Positions 1 to 9,428 of a stretch of DNA of 64,000 nucleotides are shown one piece after another (the first letter of the stretch is position 1; the number at the start of each line of letters is the position of its first letter). The position numbers and the translations under genes are program-made. Origin of the DNA: Minisyncoccota bacterium (GTDB taxonomy: Bacteria; Patescibacteriota; Minisyncoccia; UBA6257; 2-01-FULL-56-20); NCBI GenBank assembly GCA_025449695.1, contig JANWIW010000036.1, positions 320 to 64,319 on the forward strand, written 5' to 3'. The notes beneath the pieces were generated by a model. The model worked only from the letters and a program-made list of their open reading frames with translations, searched no databases and was not told the DNA's origin.

Positions 1-51
1 TGACAGAACTATTTGTTATACTTAGCGAAAAGGTCAAACAAACACATATTC

Positions 52-582
52 ATGAAACAGAAACTTATTGCAGTGTTCGCGGTCCTCGCGCTCTTCGCCG
101 GACTCATCGCCATCAGCACCCTTCAGGCCTCCGCGCATGAAGGGGAAGAACATGCGGTGACAGCCAAGCCAATGGAAGACAAGAAAGTAGCCGACTTCCT
201 GATGAAAGTAGGCGACGCAGTGAACAAGAAAGTGGGCGAGCAAGGAGAGCCCGGTCCTTCCTTCGGCATCAAGCCGTCCGGCGAGGTCATGCTCCAAGGT
301 GGCAAGGTGACCGCGGTCTCCGGCGCGTCCCTCACTGTAACTGTCATGGGCTTCAGCGTGCCAATGACGATGGATGCGAGCCTCACGACCGGCGTCTCTG
401 CGGTGGCACTCGCGGCCGGCGATACGGTCGGCGTACAGGGCAAGATCGATGCGGCGACTGGCGTTATCACCGCCACCATGGTCCGCAAGCATGCCGACCA
501 GAGGGCGATCGAAGCCCTGAAGCTGCAGATCCAGCAGCTCATGGAACAGCTGCGCAAGATGATGGGCGCCAAGATTCAGTAG
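52..582 (+). CDS. Secreted DUF5666-like (OB-fold) protein with C-terminal coiled coil
   Basis: Signal peptide MKQKLIAVFAVLALF..ASA; GKVTAVSGASLTV..GDTVGVQG pattern typical of DUF5666; followed by a terminator. Confidence 0.65.
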   Translation: MKQKLIAVFAVLALFAGLIAISTLQASAHEGEEHAVTAKPMEDKKVADFLMKVGDAVNKKVGEQGEPGPSFGIKPSGEVMLQGGKVTAVSGASLTVTVMGFSVPMTMDASLTTGVSAVALAAGDTVGVQGKIDAATGVITATMVRKHADQRAIEALKLQIQQLMEQLRKMMGAKIQ

Positions 583-604
583 GAAAAGCGATCCCCGTCA
601 GTGG

Positions 605-630
605 ACCGGCGCCGTAAGGCGCCGGTTTTT
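605..630 (+). terminator. Rho-independent terminator
   Basis: ACCGGCGCC-GTAA-GGCGCCGGT then T run. Confidence 0.8.
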
Positions 631-651
631 GTTCCTCATCGATCGGGTCAG

Positions 652-680
652 TTGACGTGGTATTATTAATGTAGTACAAT
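652..680 (+). promoter_or_regulatory. Sigma70-type promoter
   Basis: TTGACG-17 nt-TACAAT upstream of the small ORF at 752. Confidence 0.6.
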
Positions 681-751
681 GCTTTCCATCTGATGCTGCA
701 ACCTTAAGGAAGCAGCCTTCGGACTGCACCTTGGGATGTCACGGGAGATAT

Positions 752-952
752 ATGCCGAAAGTTGAGGTCTTTCCAGAAAGCGTATTGCGCAGTCGCGCAA
801 GCGTGAATCGAGCGGTTTTCCTTGGTCTGGCCGGACCTCTCTTCCGGAAGATCTACGGGCCGTTCGACCAGGTGCTGGCAACGGTACCGACCGGGGAAGT
901 GGACCGGATCAGGAAGATGCTGGAAGAACAGGGGCCGTCTTCGACCACCTGA
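752..952 (+). CDS. Small hypothetical protein
   Basis: ATG with GGGAG upstream and its own promoter; no recognisable domain. Confidence 0.5.
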   Translation: MPKVEVFPESVLRSRASVNRAVFLGLAGPLFRKIYGPFDQVLATVPTGEVDRIRKMLEEQGPSSTT

Positions 953-1168
953 CGACAGCGATCGGCCTGTGCGCGTGCCCTCCTCACGCGCGAAGGGTAC
1001 CACTCCCCAAATGTCTTTGGGCGGATCTGTCCGCCAGGGGCAGATCCGCCCGGAGCATATTGCTTCGGGCTTTTATTTTCAAAGCGCTTTTGAGCATCGG
1101 CCCTATAAGTAATGCTCGAGTCTTGACAAAGATATGTGAAAATGCTATTAACATAGCAGGAGGGTACC

Positions 1169-1360
1169 ATGGGACTTTGGCTTCTCCCCACTGGATTCGG
1201 CTGTTTCGTGGCCTTTCTCTCGTTTCTCGTGCTCCGTGAGCTGGGCGTGCGGAAGGAAGTGACGGCCGTGGTTGCGGTGATCGTTGTGATCCTGGTTGCG
1301 ATCATTTGCCACTACTTCGACAAAAAGGATGCCGAGCACGGGGAAAGTTCTTTCCCGTAA
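1169..1360 (+). CDS. Small two-TM membrane protein
   Basis: AGGAGG SD, TTGACA promoter at 1123, two hydrophobic segments. Confidence 0.65.
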   Translation: MGLWLLPTGFGCFVAFLSFLVLRELGVRKEVTAVVAVIVVILVAIICHYFDKKDAEHGESSFP

Positions 1361-1574
1361 TCGAATTCCTGTATCACGCAGTCGCCCTGGCGGACCTATC
1401 CCGCCAAGGGATAGGTCCGCCCGAGGCATGATGCCTCGGGCTTTCCATTTGAATCTTCAAAAGAGGCCAATGAACCTTAGGCTGGTTCAAGTGTCGGAGC
1501 AACCAGGGTAGTGGGATAATGGTATGGCTAGGGTAAAATAGGACTGTCATCCTGAACGAAGCGCCCATCCACCC

Positions 1575-2294
1575 ATGGAGATATTTTCCCGATTTCCGAC
1601 CATGCATGCCGCCCTTTCCGGTAAAGGCGATGGCTCATGTCGCCTGTGGCACTCGAAGCCGGATCTCGACAAGATAACCGCCGCAAACCGTGAACGCTTC
1701 TTCGAGACGCGGAATATCGATCCGGCCCGGGTCGTAAGCGTTCTTTCCGAGCACGAAGCGAATGTCCGCGCGGTCGGACATGCCGAGGCCGGACAGGCGC
1801 TGCCGCGGACCGACGGCCTCGTCACGCGTGAGCGAGACATATATCTCTCGCTTACGGTAGGCGATTGTCTTCCGATTTACCTTCATGATCCGAAAACCGG
1901 TACGATCGGCCTTCTCCACGGAGGCTGGCGCGGGCTCGCGGCGGGCATAATCCCCGGCGGTATCGAGGCGATGCGCTCGCTCGGCGCCGCGCCGGAGGAC
2001 ATCCATGCCGCGATCGGTCCCTCCATCGGTCCCTGCCACTTCGAAGGTAAAGAAGATGTTGCTGGTGCGTTCGCGGAGTTTCCCGACGCGCATGAGGTAC
2101 GGGAAGCCAAGCCGTTCCTCGACCTGCGCGCGATCGCCCGCGACATGCTTGCGGAAAACGGCGTGCTCGCGGAGCGCATCGCGATCAGCAAAGAATGTAC
2201 GGCCTGCCTGCCGGACAAATACTTTTCCTATAGGCGCGATAAGCCGGAGTTTGTGGAAACAATGGTCGCGGTCATAGGGATTCCTGACAAGTGA
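1575..2294 (+). CDS. pgeF: YfiH/PgeF family purine nucleoside phosphorylase / peptidoglycan editing factor
   Basis: DGLVT, GDCLPI, HGGWRG, IGPSIGPCHFE, CTAC..YFSYRR motifs. Confidence 0.9.
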   Translation: MEIFSRFPTMHAALSGKGDGSCRLWHSKPDLDKITAANRERFFETRNIDPARVVSVLSEHEANVRAVGHAEAGQALPRTDGLVTRERDIYLSLTVGDCLPIYLHDPKTGTIGLLHGGWRGLAAGIIPGGIEAMRSLGAAPEDIHAAIGPSIGPCHFEGKEDVAGAFAEFPDAHEVREAKPFLDLRAIARDMLAENGVLAERIAISKECTACLPDKYFSYRRDKPEFVETMVAVIGIPDK

Positions 2295-2307
2295 AAGCTG
2301 TATGCGC

Positions 2308-2378
2308 TGTCATTCCCGCGCAGGCGGGAATCCACTCCTGCGTCGCTCTGCTTGATTCCCGCCTGCGCGGGAATGACA
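2308..2378. repeat. REP-like palindromic doublet (GTCATTCCCGCGCAGGCGGGAATC family)
   Basis: Two inverted copies of TGTCATTCCCGCGCAGGCGGGAATC between convergent genes. Confidence 0.85.
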
Positions 2379-2398
2379 AAGTCTGCGGTGACTGGGTC

Positions 2399-4864
2399 CT
2401 ACAATAGTACGATCGCGGCCAGCTTGTCCCCCGAGTTCAGGTTGATGAGGCGGACGCCCTGGGCAGCGCGGCCGGTTTCCCGGATGGATGCGAGCTTGGT
2501 GCGGATGATCTGTCCTTTCGCGGAGAGCGCCAGGATCTCCGTCTCCACCGTCACCGCCCGGGCGGCGATGAGCTTGCCGGCCTTCGGGGTGATGTTCGCG
2601 GTCTTGATGCCGGACCCGCCGCGGCCCTGTATCTTGTAATCCTTGAGCGGGGTCAGCTTGCCGAAGCCGTTCTCCGTGACCACGAGGAGACGGGCGGTCT
2701 TCGCCGCCTCTTCGTTCGCGGAAAGGATGTCGAAGCCTGCCACGTGGTCGCCGCCCCGGAGACGTATGGCACGGGTGCCGCCGGCAGTCCGGCCCATCGG
2801 GCGGACCTGCGCTTCCTTGAAGCGGATGGACTGTCCCTTTTCGGTCGTGAGGATCATCTCATCCTTGCCGTGGGATACCCCCACCCATTGCAGGAGATCG
2901 CCCTTCTGGAGGTTCAGCGCGATGATGCCGTTCCGGCGGATGTTCGCGAACTGGGCAAGCGAGGTTTTTTTGATGACGCCGTTCCTGGTCACCATCACGA
3001 AGTACATGGCCTCTCCCTTCTTCTCCGCGGAGGCCTGCGCCGCCGCCTTGGCTTCCTTGGCGGAGTAGGTCACGATTGCGGAAATGTTCTCGCTCTGGGG
3101 CAGCTCCAGGAAATTCTGGATGGCCCGGCCCTTGGCGGTGCGGGAGGCCGCCGGGATCTCGTAGACTTTGGTTTGGAAGGCGCGACCGCGGTCGGTGAAG
3201 AAGAGTATGTCGTCGTGGGTGGAGGCCCGGTTGAATTGGGTCAGGAAGTCCTCTTCGCCGACGTTCGATCCGATCAACCCCTTGCCGCCCCGGTTCTGCG
3301 CCGAGAAGGAGTCCGGGGGCATGCGCTTCACATAGCCTCCCGCGGAAAGGGTGATAACCGTGCTCTCCTCCGGGATCAAATCCTCGTCCTTGAACTCGCC
3401 CACCCCACCGGCCACCACCGCCGTGCGCCGCTCGTCGCCGTACTTGTCCCTCACGGCCTTCAGCTCGCCCGTGACCTGCTTCAGTATCTTGGCCGGGCTC
3501 TTGAGGAGCGCCTCCAGATCGCGGATGAGAGCCTGCTTCTCTTGCAACTCGTTGTCTATCTTCTCGCGCTCGAGGGAGGCAAGGGTCTGCAGGCGCATGT
3601 CCAGGATGGCGTTCGTCTGGAGTTCGCTAAACTTGAACTGCTTCATGAGGTTCGTGCGCGCGTCGTCGCGGTCCTTGGACTTCTTGATGGCCGCGATGAT
3701 CTTGTCTATCTGGGAAAGCGCCTTGGCCAGGCCCTCTAGGATATGGGCGCGCTCCTTAGCTTTCTTCATGTCGAATTGGGCGCGGCGCTCCACCACTACC
3801 TTCCGCCATTCGATGTACTGGGCGAGGATCTCCTTCACGGAGAGAAGCCTCGGCTCGATGCCGTTCACGAGCGCGATCATATTGAAATGAAAGTCCTTCT
3901 GGAGATTGGTGTGCTTGAAGAGCTGGTTCAAGACCCTCTGCGGCGGGACCTCGTTCTTCAGTTCCACCACCACCCGCAGGCCATCGCGATCGGACTCGTC
4001 ACGGATGTCCTTGATGCCTTCGATCTTCTTGTCGGTCACGAGCTCGGCCATCTGCTTGATGAGCTCGGCCTTGTTGACCTGGTAGGGGATCTCGGTCACC
4101 ACGATATCCATCTGGCCCTTTTTGCGCTCGGCGATGTCGGTCTTTGCGCGCATAGTCACCGCACCCTTGCCGGTGACGTAAGCCTCCTTGATCGCCTTCT
4201 TGTCGAAAATGATGCCGCCGGTCGGGAAATCCGGGCCCTTAATGAACTCCAGCAGGTCTTCGCTCGTGGCTTTCGGATTCTCCGCGAGATGGGCGATGGC
4301 GTCCGCGATCTCGCCCAGGTTGTGTGGCGGAATGGACGTTGCCATGCCGACCGCGATGCCCATGGTGCCGTTCAAGAGAAGATTCGGAAGGCGGGCGGGA
4401 ACGACCTGCGGCTCCTCGCGGGTGCCGTCGTAGTTCGGCCCCCAGGTCACGGTCTCTTTGTCTATGTCCTCCAGGAGTTCGTCCGCGATCTTCGCGAGCT
4501 TGGCCTCGGTGTAGCGCATCGCAGCCGCGCCATCACCGTCCACCGAACCGAAGTTGCCCTGGCCGGTGATCAGCGGATAGCGCAAGGAGAAATCCTGGGT
4601 CATGCGCACCATCGCGTCGTAGATGGCGGTATCGCCGTGCGGGTGGTATTGGCCCATAGTGTCGCCCACAACCTTCGCCGACTTGCGGAACTTGGCGGTG
4701 GAGGTGACGCCCGTTTCCCACATATCCCAGAGGATGCGCCGCTGGACGGGCTTCAGGCCGTCGCGCACGTCCGGAAGGGCGCGCGAGACGATGACCGACA
4801 TCGCGTAGTCGAGATAGGACTGGCTCAGTTCCGACGTGATCTCGCGTTTCTCTATATTAGACAT
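2399..4864 (-). CDS. gyrA: DNA gyrase subunit A
   Basis: [38 protein letters not shown] active site, GyrA-box QNRGGKG, beta-pinwheel CTD. Confidence 0.98.
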   Translation of the reverse strand: MSNIEKREITSELSQSYLDYAMSVIVSRALPDVRDGLKPVQRRILWDMWETGVTSTAKFRKSAKVVGDTMGQYHPHGDTAIYDAMVRMTQDFSLRYPLITGQGNFGSVDGDGAAAMRYTEAKLAKIADELLEDIDKETVTWGPNYDGTREEPQVVPARLPNLLLNGTMGIAVGMATSIPPHNLGEIADAIAHLAENPKATSEDLLEFIKGPDFPTGGIIFDKKAIKEAYVTGKGAVTMRAKTDIAERKKGQMDIVVTEIPYQVNKAELIKQMAELVTDKKIEGIKDIRDESDRDGLRVVVELKNEVPPQRVLNQLFKHTNLQKDFHFNMIALVNGIEPRLLSVKEILAQYIEWRKVVVERRAQFDMKKAKERAHILEGLAKALSQIDKIIAAIKKSKDRDDARTNLMKQFKFSELQTNAILDMRLQTLASLEREKIDNELQEKQALIRDLEALLKSPAKILKQVTGELKAVRDKYGDERRTAVVAGGVGEFKDEDLIPEESTVITLSAGGYVKRMPPDSFSAQNRGGKGLIGSNVGEEDFLTQFNRASTHDDILFFTDRGRAFQTKVYEIPAASRTAKGRAIQNFLELPQSENISAIVTYSAKEAKAAAQASAEKKGEAMYFVMVTRNGVIKKTSLAQFANIRRNGIIALNLQKGDLLQWVGVSHGKDEMILTTEKGQSIRFKEAQVRPMGRTAGGTRAIRLRGGDHVAGFDILSANEEAAKTARLLVVTENGFGKLTPLKDYKIQGRGGSGIKTANITPKAGKLIAARAVTVETEILALSAKGQIIRTKLASIRETGRAAQGVRLINLNSGDKLAAIVLL

Positions 4865-4870
4865 GGGAGA

Positions 4871-4994
4871 AGTTCCTAGTTCCTAGTTCTTAGTTGCTAG
4901 TTGTGAGTTGACACAAACATGGGGACGAAAGCGAATTTATTCACCGTATCATCTCTCTACGCACCAAGAACTAAGAACTAGCAACTAGCAACTA
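4871..4994. repeat. Heptamer tandem repeats (TAGTTSY), two arms in inverted orientation
   Basis: agttcct-agttcct-agttctt-agttgct at 4871 and complementary aagaact/agcaact units at about 4966-4994. Confidence 0.85.
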
Positions 4995-5225
4995 TCTAGT
5001 GCCGAATAGTGACTGGAACACCGACGCGGTACCGGACAGTTGCGGCTTCGGCGCCGGGTTCTCGGTCGTGGAAGGCGGCGCGAGCGCTACCATTGCGGGG
5101 AAGACCGCGATCCAGAGAGCCACGACGAGTATCATGGCAGCCGCGGAAATGGCGATCAGCCAGCGCATCTTGATGTGATGCGGCGAGTTCTGAATGCGGT
5201 GGAGGTGGGTTCCGGGAGTCGCCAT
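4992..5225 (-). CDS. Small single-TM protein
   Basis: Basic N-terminus plus a hydrophobic helix; co-oriented with gyrA. Confidence 0.65.
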   Translation of the reverse strand: MATPGTHLHRIQNSPHHIKMRWLIAISAAAMILVVALWIAVFPAMVALAPPSTTENPAPKPQLSGTASVFQSLFGTR

Positions 5226-5228
5226 GGA

Positions 5229-5297
5229 TAGTTCTTAGTTCTTAGTTCTTAGTTCTTAGTTTCATGCTCGCAACTAGGAACTAACAACGCGGAACTA
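5229..5297. repeat. Heptamer tandem repeat (TAGTTCT)x4 plus inverted arm
   Basis: Perfect tandem copies at 5229-5261, complementary degenerate arm at 5271-5297. Confidence 0.85.
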
Positions 5298-5307
5298 TGC
5301 TGATATT

Positions 5308-5880
5308 CTACGCTTTTATACCCAATATGACAAGCTTCATGGCCTCCGGCGTGAGGTCCTTTTTCTTGAAAGTGAAGCGGTCTTCCACGGTTGCGGGCTG
5401 GCCGAGCTCTTTAGCGAAAGCCTTGGCGCTCTTGTCGTTATAGAGGGAAGGGATGACGACCGCGGGCTCCAGCTGGCGGGTCAGCGCGCCGGCCGCCTCC
5501 GGTTCCAAGAAGTGGTCCTCCTCCACCGGGATGATGAGGATGTCCGGCTCCCCTATCTTCTCGAGCACCTTCGCGTCCGGAGCATTGGAGATGGAACCCA
5601 AGACGCCTATCACGATGCCCTCCCATATGATCTTGTAAGCGGTCTTCGCAAGCTTAGGGGTGGACTCGTCCATGATCTGGATGCCCTCGATCTCGATGCC
5701 TTTCACTTCATACTCTCCCGCGAAGGCGACCACATCGGCAGTTCCCGGAATATCCTTGGGGTCCACCGTGGTCTTCAGGCTCACATCCGCTTTCAGGCGG
5801 TTACCGCTCGGGTCCACCAAAAGGGAAGTTTCCCCGCTCTGCAGGCGAAAGCATCCTTCGCCGAGGTAAGTGATCACCAT
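5308..5880 (-). CDS. MBL-fold metallo-hydrolase-like protein (Lactamase_B_3 type, degenerate metal site)
   Basis: MVITYLGEGCFRL..LLVDP, GEYEVKGI, DILIIPV, LEPAVVIP. Confidence 0.8.
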   Translation of the reverse strand: MVITYLGEGCFRLQSGETSLLVDPSGNRLKADVSLKTTVDPKDIPGTADVVAFAGEYEVKGIEIEGIQIMDESTPKLAKTAYKIIWEGIVIGVLGSISNAPDAKVLEKIGEPDILIIPVEEDHFLEPEAAGALTRQLEPAVVIPSLYNDKSAKAFAKELGQPATVEDRFTFKKKDLTPEAMKLVILGIKA

Positions 5881-5995
5881 AATGGCTGAATGATACCCGA
5901 CTTTTCATGCTGCGTAAACGGTTTTCCGCTCATCTAACTTGATTTTTTATACAAATAATGTTATAATTTTCCCAGCGAACGGGAAGGTGAAACCT

Positions 5996-6466
5996 ATGGA
6001 CCCGAAGAAGTGGGCGTCCATCGCCCGGATTGTCCGGTTCATGCTCGGCTCCGCCGGCACATTGCACATGGGGGATGAACATTACCTCACGGAAATGATC
6101 AAGCTCGGTATGATCGTCCTCAGGATCACCCGCCTCGAACCGTGGGATGAGGTGAATGAAGGGCAGCCGAAAGGAGAGGTCACGCTCGAGCCCAAGTTCA
6201 CTCCGCATTACCGGAAGCTCGTCGACCTGGGACCGAAGTACGACAAGCTTCAGCAATTGGCTCTGATCCTGGGCACTGCCCGCATCAACGAGGCCGGTCT
6301 CTCTGAGGCTCAGGCCTTGCAGGTGAAGAAGCTGCTCAAGAACGCCCACATTCCCATCGGCGACTTCCTCGGCATCGAACGCACCGGCGAGGGGTGGGTA
6401 ATCACCACGATGAAGGGAACTCTTCTCGCGGCCGCCAGCCTCAAGACCTCGCGCCGCGCCCGCTGA
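5996..6466 (+). CDS. Hypothetical protein
   Basis: Coding-like codon usage, upstream TATAAT, downstream hairpin at 6509-6533. Confidence 0.65.
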   Translation: MDPKKWASIARIVRFMLGSAGTLHMGDEHYLTEMIKLGMIVLRITRLEPWDEVNEGQPKGEVTLEPKFTPHYRKLVDLGPKYDKLQQLALILGTARINEAGLSEAQALQVKKLLKNAHIPIGDFLGIERTGEGWVITTMKGTLLAAASLKTSRRAR

Positions 6467-6596
6467 CGCGCAACACCGTTCGCAACCGTCAGCAGGCAGA
6501 TCATGCAAGGACCACGACGCGTCGTCGTGGTCCGCGCTGTTTCATTTGCATATTTGAATAGTTAATGATGTAATGCAAGCAGGAAGGGAGATAGAT

Positions 6597-6842
6597 ATGA
6601 AAATGTTGTGGACCGGGTCTCTCACCATCTTGCTCATCGCGGGCGGGCTCCTTATCGCCGCAGCGCAAGGGCAAGCGCCATCGTTCGTCGACCCTGCGAG
6701 CTCTGCCGGCAATGTCCTCCGGCTCGTCTTATTCGCGAGTTCGACCATCTGGGTCGCGCTCGAATTGGGCTACGGCCCCTTTCGCGGGCTGGAGCACGAG
6801 CCGGACTGCCCTATGGCCGCTCTGGAAAGGAGTTCGATGTGA
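6597..6842 (+). CDS. Small membrane protein
   Basis: Two hydrophobic segments; purine-rich RBS. Confidence 0.55.
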   Translation: MKMLWTGSLTILLIAGGLLIAAAQGQAPSFVDPASSAGNVLRLVLFASSTIWVALELGYGPFRGLEHEPDCPMAALERSSM

Positions 6843-7087
6843 AAGTAGTACTGGAAGTAGATATCGAAAAGGGCCGCGGGGACCATCGGAGTCACCAGAC
6901 GACGCTCCTCTTCGAATGTGAGATCCGGAACGTCGGCGAGCTTCTCGGCGACGGGCTGCAGCTCCTCGCGGAGAGGCGCTATGCGGACTACGTCCGCACC
7001 AAGGACGTGAGGCACCCCGGCCTCCTCGGCAGCATCCGCATCCACTTCGACCGGCCGGCAGACCTGCCGGAATATGCGACTGAATGA
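6839..7087 (+). CDS. Small hypothetical protein
   Basis: GTG start overlapping the previous stop (GTGA) with AAGGAG SD. Confidence 0.55.
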   Translation: MKVVLEVDIEKGRGDHRSHQTTLLFECEIRNVGELLGDGLQLLAERRYADYVRTKDVRHPGLLGSIRIHFDRPADLPEYATE

Positions 7088-7207
7088 ATCGTGCCCGCGA
7101 CGGGATCCCGTCGCGGGCACCGTCATATATTGCCTCTCCGAGTCCCATGTGGCGGACATGAAGCTCCCCTTGCCTTTTTGGTCATTCTCTATATAATTTT
7201 CGGCACT

Positions 7208-8299
7208 ATGGCCATGGAACAGGCAAGCGCCAAGACCAATCCCCTTTTGGCCCAAATGCTGAAGATCGAAGGCGGGCAGCGCCTCCGGGACGGGGAAGTG
7301 GTGAACGCGGTCCTCTTGAGCAAGAGCCCCCGCGCCGCCTTTTTCGATATCTCGAACTTCGGCACCGGCATCATCTACGGCGCCGAGCTCCAGAGCTCCA
7401 AGGAGATGATCAAGGGTTTGAACGTGGGCGACACGATCGCCGCCAAGATCGACTCCCTGGACGGCCATATGGGCTACGTCGAGCTCTCGCTCTCCGAAGC
7501 GGGCAGGCAGAAGGCCTGGCAGAAGGCCAAGCAGCTCGAAGAGACGGGCGAGGTGGTGAAGATCAAGGTGACGGCGGTGAACCAGGGCGGCGTGATCGGC
7601 GACCTGAACGGCCTGAAGGCCTTCGTCCCCGCCTCCCAGCTCGCCGCGGAGCACGCGCCGAAGATGGATGACCGCAGCCGCGTGGCGGAAGAGCTGAAGG
7701 GCCTGATCGGCCAGGAGCTGGCCGTGAAGGTCATCACCGTAACCCCGCGCGCGAACAAGCTCATCGTGTCCGAGCGCGAGACGGTGGCCCCTTCCGCCAA
7801 CACCAAGCAGCTCCTCGAGAGCTACCAGGTAGGCCAGGTGGTGCCCGGCCTCGTATCCGGCATCGCCGACTTCGGCATTTTCGTCCGCTTCGTGGACAAC
7901 CCGGAGATCGAGGGCCTGGTCCACATCTCCGAGATCGACCACCGCATCATCGACACCCCGAAGGAGATCGTAAACCTGAACGAGAACGTGCAGGTCAAGA
8001 TCATCGACATCAAGGAAGGCCGGGTATTCCTTTCCCTCAAGGCATTGAAGGCCGATCCCTGGGTGAACGTGGGCGAGAAATACAAGGAAGGCCAGGAGGT
8101 CTCGGGACGCATCTACAAGTTCAACCCGTTCGGCGCCATCGTGGACCTGGAAAGCGGCTTGCAAGGCCTCATCCACGTGTCCGAGTTCGGCGGCTCCGAA
8201 GAGATGAAGAATATGATCAAGGTGGGCGATTCCCGCGAGTTCGTGATCGGGAGCGTCCGTCCCGAGGAGAAGCGCATCGTGCTGAAACTGAAAAAGTGA
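7208..8299 (+). CDS. rpsA: 30S ribosomal protein S1 (four S1 domains)
   Basis: Repeated S1 motifs AFVPASQL, EGLVHISEI, QGLIHVSE, RVFLSLKAL. Confidence 0.93.
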   Translation: MAMEQASAKTNPLLAQMLKIEGGQRLRDGEVVNAVLLSKSPRAAFFDISNFGTGIIYGAELQSSKEMIKGLNVGDTIAAKIDSLDGHMGYVELSLSEAGRQKAWQKAKQLEETGEVVKIKVTAVNQGGVIGDLNGLKAFVPASQLAAEHAPKMDDRSRVAEELKGLIGQELAVKVITVTPRANKLIVSERETVAPSANTKQLLESYQVGQVVPGLVSGIADFGIFVRFVDNPEIEGLVHISEIDHRIIDTPKEIVNLNENVQVKIIDIKEGRVFLSLKALKADPWVNVGEKYKEGQEVSGRIYKFNPFGAIVDLESGLQGLIHVSEFGGSEEMKNMIKVGDSREFVIGSVRPEEKRIVLKLKK

Positions 8300-8302
8300 T
8301 CT

Positions 8303-8332
8303 CCAAAAACCGCCCAGCTGGGCGGTTTTTGG
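8303..8332. terminator. Bidirectional terminator-like palindrome
   Basis: CCAAAAACCGCCCAGCTGGGCGGTTTTTGG between convergent rpsA and tRNA-Phe. Confidence 0.75.
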
Positions 8333-8368
8333 TACAGTGCTGTACACTGCGAAGCTTTAGCGAAGCAG

Positions 8369-8642
8369 TGCCGCGGGGGTGAATCGAACACCCGACGCCT
8401 TCCTCTTCCGAGGTTTGGACTATCTCATCTTCCCGAAGGAAGTTGGGCGCTTGTGCAGGATTATTGTTGGGACTCACCCGCTAGTCTCTACACCTTCCCC
8501 GCCACCTCTGCCCAGCGGGGCTTGGCTCGGGATTGTCCAAATATTGGAGTTTCCCCGAATTCACCCAATTATTCAATCCGCATTACTGCGGAAGGCCCCA
8601 AAGAGTACTTAGGGAAGCGCTCTGCCACTGAGCTACCGCGGC
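8369..8642 (-). tRNA. tRNA-Phe(GAA) split by a group I intron (exons 8642-8611 and 8408-8369)
   Basis: Joined exons give a GCCGCGG acceptor stem, D arm, CTTCC-CTGAAGA-GGAAG anticodon arm and GTTCGATT T loop. Confidence 0.92.
8409..8610 (-). ncRNA. Group I self-splicing intron (IC3-like), 202 nt, inserted after U33
   Basis: P AAUUCGGGGAA, Q AAUCCCGAGC, R GUAGAGACUA, S GAGAUAGUCC; P1 CCCU/GGGG with U-G at the 5' splice site; terminal G. Confidence 0.9.
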
Positions 8643-9343
8643 ATTTGAACCTGGCTTTTCAAACCGTCGATCCATCCCATGATGCGATGGTATAAAGACG
8701 TATCCGCAATTCTAATCTGAATCACCCCATAGGGCAAGCGATGAAATGGACGCTTTCTCCGGCTGGAGATGCTCACTCCTCGGTAAGTTTTCTCAAAATT
8801 CTGCAAGGGGATGCCAATCGCATTACTCCAAAATCCCTTGGCTTCTATCTCGTTGATGTGATCAAAGATACGCAGGCTCGCCTTTATCTTGTGCCTGGGA
8901 ACGCCGCAGGCATTTTCCAAAAAAATAACAAATGCCTTTGCTAGCATGGGATCGGAGTTGGTAAGACTTACCGGATGGAATGTGACCTCTTTCCCCTTCC
9001 TGATTATCGGACGCTTATATCCTTCCGCCCAGTATAACGCGGCGCCCAGTATGACCAGCTCCCAGGGAAGTAGTTGGCCAATTTCATGCGATGCTTTATT
9101 ACGGGTCGTACGAGCACGCTCAACTGCCAGTTTCGTCTGATTCCTATTGCGCTTTAATAATCCTTCTAAGGATCTACCTCTTGTCCTCTGCAAAATCCTT
9201 GTGCGCGCTGCCTCAGAAATGAGCACTCCGCTTAACCACGCAGATAGTGTCCCTTTGGAAATGGTTGGCATCGCCTGCTGTATTTCCGAATAACTTTTCC
9301 CTTGCAGTCGCAACCTAATTGCTACGTTTTTATCTGTCCTCAT
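8633..9343 (-). CDS. HTH plus LAGLIDADG-like domain protein (tRNA-adjacent CPR type)
   Basis: LRLQGKSYSEI..SKGTLSAWL HTH; LYWAEG.K, TNSDP, YGVIQIRI; AT-richer than flanks. Confidence 0.75.
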   Translation of the reverse strand: MRTDKNVAIRLRLQGKSYSEIQQAMPTISKGTLSAWLSGVLISEAARTRILQRTRGRSLEGLLKRNRNQTKLAVERARTTRNKASHEIGQLLPWELVILGAALYWAEGYKRPIIRKGKEVTFHPVSLTNSDPMLAKAFVIFLENACGVPRHKIKASLRIFDHINEIEAKGFWSNAIGIPLQNFEKTYRGVSISSRRKRPFHRLPYGVIQIRIADTSLYHRIMGWIDGLKSQVQMPR

Positions 9344-9428
9344 GTTTAAAGCCTAGCGCACCAAGTTCAAGAAAGGATCAAGGTCGCTTTGCCAGATGGG
9401 AAGATTTTGGCGTAAAATCAACGCGATC

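Noticed and set aside
2643-4879. Long plus-strand ORFs opposite gyrA (likewise opposite rpsA, ftsH, hppA, nusA, comM)
   Set aside because: Antisense shadows expected from GC-rich codon usage; no motifs
5229-5262. CRISPR array
   Set aside because: 7-nt tandem units without spacers; no cas genes in the window
7091-7120. Perfect 30-bp loop-less palindrome (similar ones at 6509-6533 and 8303-8332)
   Set aside because: Located at gene ends and unrelated to each other in sequence; adequately explained as terminators
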